Position numbers and translations under genes: made by a program
Shown: in pieces, positions 59,398 through 64,000 of the stretch
Layout of the letters: each line of letters starts with the position of its first letter
Position numbering within the stretch: the first letter of the stretch is position 1
Notes under the pieces: model-generated
The model's input: the letters and a program-made list of their open reading frames with translations, nothing else
The model's database searches: none
What the model was told of the DNA's origin: nothing
DNA from: Marispirochaeta sp.
GTDB taxonomy: Bacteria > Spirochaetota > Spirochaetia > JC444 > Marispirochaetaceae
NCBI GenBank assembly: GCA_963676835.2
Contig: CAXXFF010000003.1
Location: forward strand, 416,001 to 480,000
Direction of reading: 5' to 3'
Length of the DNA stretch: 64,000 nt

Positions 59398-60342
59398 TTA
59401 GCGATAACTGTCTACCAGAGAAACCTCATCGGCATCGCCGGCCTGGGGCACAAAGGTGATACCGGTTATCCTCTCAAAAGCTTCAACGTAGCGTTTAGCA
59501 GTTTCAATACGGACTTCGTCGGGAATTGCCGGAGCCTCGCCGTTGCCCATAAAGCCCTGATCCATAAGCCACTGCCTAAGGTACTCCTTATCAAGCTTAC
59601 GGGGATCTTCACCGGCTTCAAATTTTTCCTGATAGGTATCTGCAAACCAGAACCGGCTGGAATCGGGGGTATGTACCTCGTCAATAAGCACAAGCTTGCC
59701 GTCAAGCAGGCCGAACTCATATTTTGTATCCACAAGGATGAGTCCCTGACGGGCGCACTCTTCGGTGCCGCGGGCAAATATTTTAAGGGCGACATCTTCA
59801 ACCTGTGCCCAGATATCCTTATCCACAAGGCCTCTGGAAACTATTTCCGCAGCCGCAATAGGTTCATCATGAAGTCCCTGTTCAGCCTTGGTGGATGGAG
59901 TTATAAGCGGGGTGTCAAAAGCCTGGTTCATCTTCATTCCCGCAGGAAGCTCTATTCCCGAAACCGCTTTACCGGCTGAATAATCACGCCAGGCTGATCC
60001 GGTGAGATATCCGCGGATAACTACCTCCACAGGCAGAACACTGCATTTCTTAACCGCAACGGTCCGGAGACTTACGCTTTCAACAATGTGATTAGGTATA
60101 ATATCCCTGGTTTTCTCGAACCAGTGCAGTGCCATACGGTTGAGAACCTCCCCCTTGCAGGGAATTGTGGAGAGAACCCGGTCGAAAGCGGATATGCGGT
60201 CGGATGTGCTGATAAGCAGCCGGTCATCAAGATCCACAATATCCCGGACCTTTCCACTGGAAACGGTTTTACCGGAAGGAAGGGTATTGCCCAGCCCTTT
60301 AAAGGTTCTTTTTAGCTCTTTCTCCAGAAAATCGTAACTCAT
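59398..60342 (-). CDS. purC: SAICAR synthetase
   Basis: SGKVRD, SDRISAFD, EVVIRGYLTGS, TPSTKA, DTKYEFG, DEVHTPDSSRFW, DKEYLR. Confidence 0.96.
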   Translation of the reverse strand: MSYDFLEKELKRTFKGLGNTLPSGKTVSSGKVRDIVDLDDRLLISTSDRISAFDRVLSTIPCKGEVLNRMALHWFEKTRDIIPNHIVESVSLRTVAVKKCSVLPVEVVIRGYLTGSAWRDYSAGKAVSGIELPAGMKMNQAFDTPLITPSTKAEQGLHDEPIAAAEIVSRGLVDKDIWAQVEDVALKIFARGTEECARQGLILVDTKYEFGLLDGKLVLIDEVHTPDSSRFWFADTYQEKFEAGEDPRKLDKEYLRQWLMDQGFMGNGEAPAIPDEVRIETAKRYVEAFERITGITFVPQAGDADEVSLVDSYR

Positions 60343-60354
60343 GCTTTTACTGTC

Positions 60355-60951
60355 CTACTCTTCCAGCTCGCTGCGGTTTGAGATAACCCGGCTGAGAAGA
60401 CCATACTCAAGAGCTTCATCGGCACCCATCCAGTAATCCCGGTCGGTATCGTTTTCCACCTTATCGAGCTTCTGGCCGGTCTCATCCGCAATAAGCTGAT
60501 TTATTTTTACCCGCAGTTTCTCAATCTCCCGGGCATGTATTTCTATCTCTGTAGCAACTCCCCTGACCCCGCTCAAAGGCTGATGGATAAGGTAGTGGGA
60601 GTTTGGCAGTCCCAGGCGCCGTTCTTTAGGTGCCGCAAGCAGAATCAACGCTCCGGCTGAAGCCACCAGTCCCATGCCGATGGTATACACATCGGGTTTA
60701 ACAAAGCGGATCATATCAAAAATCGCATATCCCGCATCGGCATCACCGCCGGGGGAGTCAATAAAAATACGAATGGGGTCGTCACTTTCAGTTTCCAGCA
60801 ACAGGAGCTGTCGGATAACCCTTTCCGCGAGTTCCTTGTTAACCTCGCCGGATAACAGAATGTTCCGGGTCTTCAGCATTCGTTCCATAAGGGGCTCGGG
60901 CCCTTTCTCTTTATCCTTGCCTTTTTCTTCCTGTTCTTCTTCGAGACGCAT
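60355..60951 (-). CDS. clpP: ATP-dependent Clp protease proteolytic subunit
   Basis: IDSPGG, GLVASAG catalytic Ser, IHQPL, DRDYWM..EA.EYGL. Confidence 0.95.
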   Translation of the reverse strand: MRLEEEQEEKGKDKEKGPEPLMERMLKTRNILLSGEVNKELAERVIRQLLLLETESDDPIRIFIDSPGGDADAGYAIFDMIRFVKPDVYTIGMGLVASAGALILLAAPKERRLGLPNSHYLIHQPLSGVRGVATEIEIHAREIEKLRVKINQLIADETGQKLDKVENDTDRDYWMGADEALEYGLLSRVISNRSELEE

Positions 60952-61057
60952 ATGCTGCTCCTTACACGGCTAAATACTTCACTGACTGTGATCTATATAC
61001 ATACTACCGGAGCAACCCTATTGTCAATGAAAGAAGATCAAGAGTAGGCTTAGAGCC

Positions 61058-61954
61058 ATGAAAGCAGCATTTACAGCAATTATCGGAAGGCCCTCGGTGG
61101 GAAAATCCACCCTGGTTAACGCCGTTTGCGGTCACAAGGTTTCAATTACCGCACCATCACCACAGACAACCAGGAATACCATCCGGGGTATTTATTCAGA
61201 GGAACGAGGACAGGTAGTATTTCTGGATACTCCGGGCTTTCATGATTCTGAAAAGAAGATGAACCGCTACCTGAAAGAGACTGCCCTGGGCAGTCTTAAC
61301 GAGATTGACAACATTCTTTATGTTCTGGATACCACCCGTCCTCCCGGCAGGGAGGAGACCGAGCTGATGAAGCTTCTTACCCCCAGAAAAGACGACATAA
61401 TTGCAGTACTGAATAAATGCGATATATCTTCGCCCAGAAAAAAAGAGATCCGGCAGCTGGTGGAGGAAAATCTTGCCCCCCGTCACATTGTCGAAATTTC
61501 CTCCGCAAAAGGAACCGGTCTGAACGAACTGAAGGATCTTCTCTTCGGAATCTGCCCCGAAGGGGATCCCTATTATCCCAGTGAGTATTATACCGATCAG
61601 GAACCATCCTTCCGGGCTGCAGAGATAATACGGGAACTTGCAATCAACCGGGTCAGTCAGGAACTGCCCCACTCCATTTATGTGGAAATTGCCGACATGG
61701 AGGAACGGGCGGTAGAAACGGCTTCTGGAGAAACAAAATACAAACTGTGGATTCGGGCTTTCCTGGTGGTGGAAAAGGAGAGCCAGAAGGGAATCGTGGT
61801 AGGGAAGAAAGGGGTACGAATTATCGAGATCAAGAAACTTGCCCGCAAAGAGCTCGAGAAGATCTTTCCACAGAGGATTGAACTGGACCTGCGGGTAAAG
61901 GTTAACCCGAAATGGAGAAACAAGGATCCCCTGCTGAAGCAGCTGCTTTCCTGA
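61058..61954 (+). CDS. era: GTPase Era
   Basis: GRPSVGKST, QTTR, DTPG, NKCD; KH domain QELPH...SQKGIVVGKKG. Confidence 0.96.
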   Translation: MKAAFTAIIGRPSVGKSTLVNAVCGHKVSITAPSPQTTRNTIRGIYSEERGQVVFLDTPGFHDSEKKMNRYLKETALGSLNEIDNILYVLDTTRPPGREETELMKLLTPRKDDIIAVLNKCDISSPRKKEIRQLVEENLAPRHIVEISSAKGTGLNELKDLLFGICPEGDPYYPSEYYTDQEPSFRAAEIIRELAINRVSQELPHSIYVEIADMEERAVETASGETKYKLWIRAFLVVEKESQKGIVVGKKGVRIIEIKKLARKELEKIFPQRIELDLRVKVNPKWRNKDPLLKQLLS

Positions 61955-62041
61955 CCGTACAGAATAAAATCTTTCAGCTCTAACTTTTTTCTCATACAAC
62001 CTGCATCGTTATAAGATAAAACTGCCTCAGAATAGCCGGAT

Positions 62042-62803
62042 ATGCAGAACCGGGAGGCAGGTATGCTATCTCCAATAACTACATGGCGCAGTATTGATGA
62101 AACATTCTGGAATCCCCATATCCGTCAGTTACTGCCGGTAAATGCAAGCTCGGTCCGCAGAGTTTTTCCGGATACCCCAGAATATTCAGAGGTGGTTAAC
62201 CTGCGCTTTCAGGGAATGAGTGAGAGTCGTTTCCTCGATCCAGCCAAAGATTCCCCTGAATGCATGGAGCTGGAGCGTGATTCCCAATCGATAATTCTGG
62301 CCCTGTACCGCAGAGGCAGAATACGGGGAACCATGACACTGAATACCCCTACTGTGGCATTCCGCGGTCCGGCGATAATGCTTGAAAAAGGTGTTCAGCT
62401 TGAGCATCCTCACTTTCTCAGCCCCCGACAGCTGGAATTCACCAAACTTGTTGTGGATCAGGGCTTAAGGGGAACCCGGGTGGCTCTTGAACTGCTTATG
62501 GCAAGCTGCATAATTGCCGCAGCCCTGGATAAGCGCTATTTCTGGCAGGTGGGGAGACAGGTAAACAGCGATACAAGCTGGCGGGAAAAACTTGGGTTCA
62601 ACTACAATGTTGAATGGGATTTCAATGATCCAAGCCTCAATGGAATGCCTTCAAAAATCGGTTATATGGATTTTTATACTGCACCGGATAATCCACATAT
62701 ACCCTGGTTTCTGCGGCGTATGTACCGGACAGTTCTATCACTGAATCTGTCTGAATATCCCCTGACCGGAGACACCTCCTGTGAGCCTGTACCGGTATCA
62801 TAA
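62042..62803 (+). CDS. GNAT-fold N-acyltransferase (FeeM/OlsB-like N-acyl amino acid synthase type)
   Basis: V..LRF...E.D....I......GTM.L and E.TKLVVD..LRG pattern; probable start ATG 62063 (GGAGG upstream). Confidence 0.6.
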   Translation: MQNREAGMLSPITTWRSIDETFWNPHIRQLLPVNASSVRRVFPDTPEYSEVVNLRFQGMSESRFLDPAKDSPECMELERDSQSIILALYRRGRIRGTMTLNTPTVAFRGPAIMLEKGVQLEHPHFLSPRQLEFTKLVVDQGLRGTRVALELLMASCIIAAALDKRYFWQVGRQVNSDTSWREKLGFNYNVEWDFNDPSLNGMPSKIGYMDFYTAPDNPHIPWFLRRMYRTVLSLNLSEYPLTGDTSCEPVPVS

Positions 62804-64000
62804 CAGAACATCCCCGTGGTTTTCCCGACTCTTTCGCCGCCCTCTGTGGCTCTGGCTGAAATACCGCTTCAATATTGAAGTAATCACGCCTCCGGAAATA
62901 GCAGAGCTTGAAGGTCCGTTTATTCTGGTTGCCAACCATGTAACCTTCTGGGATCCCTTTATTGCAGCCATTCCTTTGCGTAAAACCGTCCGCTTCATTG
63001 CTTCAGACAACCTGTTCCGGAAACCTCTGTTCCGATGGGTAATGAAACGGCTGGGTGCGATACCCAAAACCAAGTTTGTATCCAACCCGGAGATTGTCCG
63101 CAGAATAATGGAGGTAGTCCGCAGCGGAGGGATTCTGGGAATATTCCCGGAGGGTCGGCGTACCTGGGACGGCCGGACGGATGAAATTATGCCCGAAGTT
63201 CCCAGGCTGCTGGCCCGTCTCCGGCTCCCGGTGGTGGGAGTGAAAATCTCCGGGGGATATCTTTCAAATCCGGTCTGGAGCAGACACTCCCGGAGAGGGA
63301 AAATAACTGCGGAGTACAGCCTGGTAATTCCTGGTAATACGAATCAGGGAACTACTCCGATAGAAGTTTCAGCAAAATTGGGTGACTTTCTGCAATACAA
63401 CTGCGAGGATTGGCAGCAGATATTCAACACAGCATTTACAGGCAAAAAGCTTGCTGAATATCTTGAACGGGTTCTCTATATCTGTCCGGCCTGCACAACC
63501 ACGGGCAAACTTGTGAGCAGAAAAGAACAGCTTTATTGTTCAGACTGCGGCTACAGTGTACGCTACACCGAAGCCGGAACTTTTGAACAAAACACCGGCC
63601 CTCTGATTTTTTCCTCTCTGCAGGAATGGAATGACTGGCAGACAAATAAACTGAACTCCATGCTGACGGAAAAGACCGGCGCCGTTATTTCCGACGATAA
63701 AGCCTTTCTCTGGACGGGCTTTAAAAGTACACCCTTGAAAAAAGAAACCTCGGGTATTGTGGAACTGCATTCAGGAGAACTGTTGTTCCGGGGGAGTGAT
63801 GGTACTGTATACCGGTTTCTCTCAAGCGACCTTGAAGGTTTAAATATGCAGGGCGGCAACAATCTTGAATTTTACCACGCCAACAAGCTTTACAGAATCA
63901 ATTTTTCCGACCCCAGGGTTTCAAGTTACAAATACCTCCGGGGACTCCTACTCTTAAGAAAAGAACTTGAGTATATTATACCTAGGAACACCAACCGGCT
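62781..64000 (+). CDS. PlsC-family lysophospholipid acyltransferase with C-terminal CxxC/CxxC domain (runs off the window)
   Basis: Manual translation from GTG 62781 (GGAG upstream): NHVTFWD (HX4D), IFPEGRRTWDG, CPAC...CSDC; no stop seen in the segments read, including the last codons before 64000. Confidence 0.88.
   Translation, partial: MSLYRYHNRTSPWFSRLFRRPLWLWLKYRFNIEVITPPEIAELEGPFILVANHVTFWDPFIAAIPLRKTVRFIASDNLFRKPLFRWVMKRLGAIPKTKFVSNPEIVRRIMEVVRSGGILGIFPEGRRTWDGRTDEIMPEVPRLLARLRLPVVGVKISGGYLSNPVWSRHSRRGKITAEYSLVIPGNTNQGTTPIEVSAKLGDFLQYNCEDWQQIFNTAFTGKKLAEYLERVLYICPACTTTGKLVSRKEQLYCSDCGYSVRYTEAGTFEQNTGPLIFSSLQEWNDWQTNKLNSMLTEKTGAVISDDKAFLWTGFKSTPLKKETSGIVELHSGELLFRGSDGTVYRFLSSDLEGLNMQGGNNLEFYHANKLYRINFSDPRVSSYKYLRGLLLLRKELEYIIPRNTNR

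Noticed and set aside
62042..62803. LuxI quorum-sensing synthase
   Set aside because: It lacks the LuxI R...F...W and E.D..D signature, and no LuxR is nearby.

Overview
Gene-dense 64 kb chromosomal window from a probably free-living, anaerobic or aerotolerant spirochaete. That assignment is inferred from the short ThrRS, the fliS-orf-polA-coaE-SPOR order, sigma28-type promoters and the 'FANGQQ' transporter N-terminus. Housekeeping genes: thrS under a full T-box riboswitch, ispH, polA, coaE, fliS, rlmKL, cysE, amtB-glnK with a sigma54 promoter, metH, purC, clpP and era. An AT-richer accessory operon (tctC-tctB-tctA, sulfatase, GntR) is split by an intact 1229-bp IS3 with a 3-bp target duplication. 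A redox block of about 20 kb holds two rubredoxins, superoxide reductase, PerR, a degenerate WYL regulator, an Nqr-like BCDEF operon, pdhABC-lpdA, tpx, a flavodiiron protein, a tetrameric [FeFe]-hydrogenase and Rex. Best candidates for undescribed biology: (1) the Nqr-like complex lacking NqrA and the known quinone site, with an extra downstream gene; (2) a GNAT N-acyltransferase/PlsC pair resembling an aminolipid pathway; (3) a stand-alone MshEN-like protein ahead of two DUF4349 paralogues; (4) a TTT-sulfatase uptake module; (5) an orphan degenerate WYL regulator with a palindromic site. No CRISPR array, rRNA or tRNA was seen. All family calls come from reading motifs by eye; no database searches were run.
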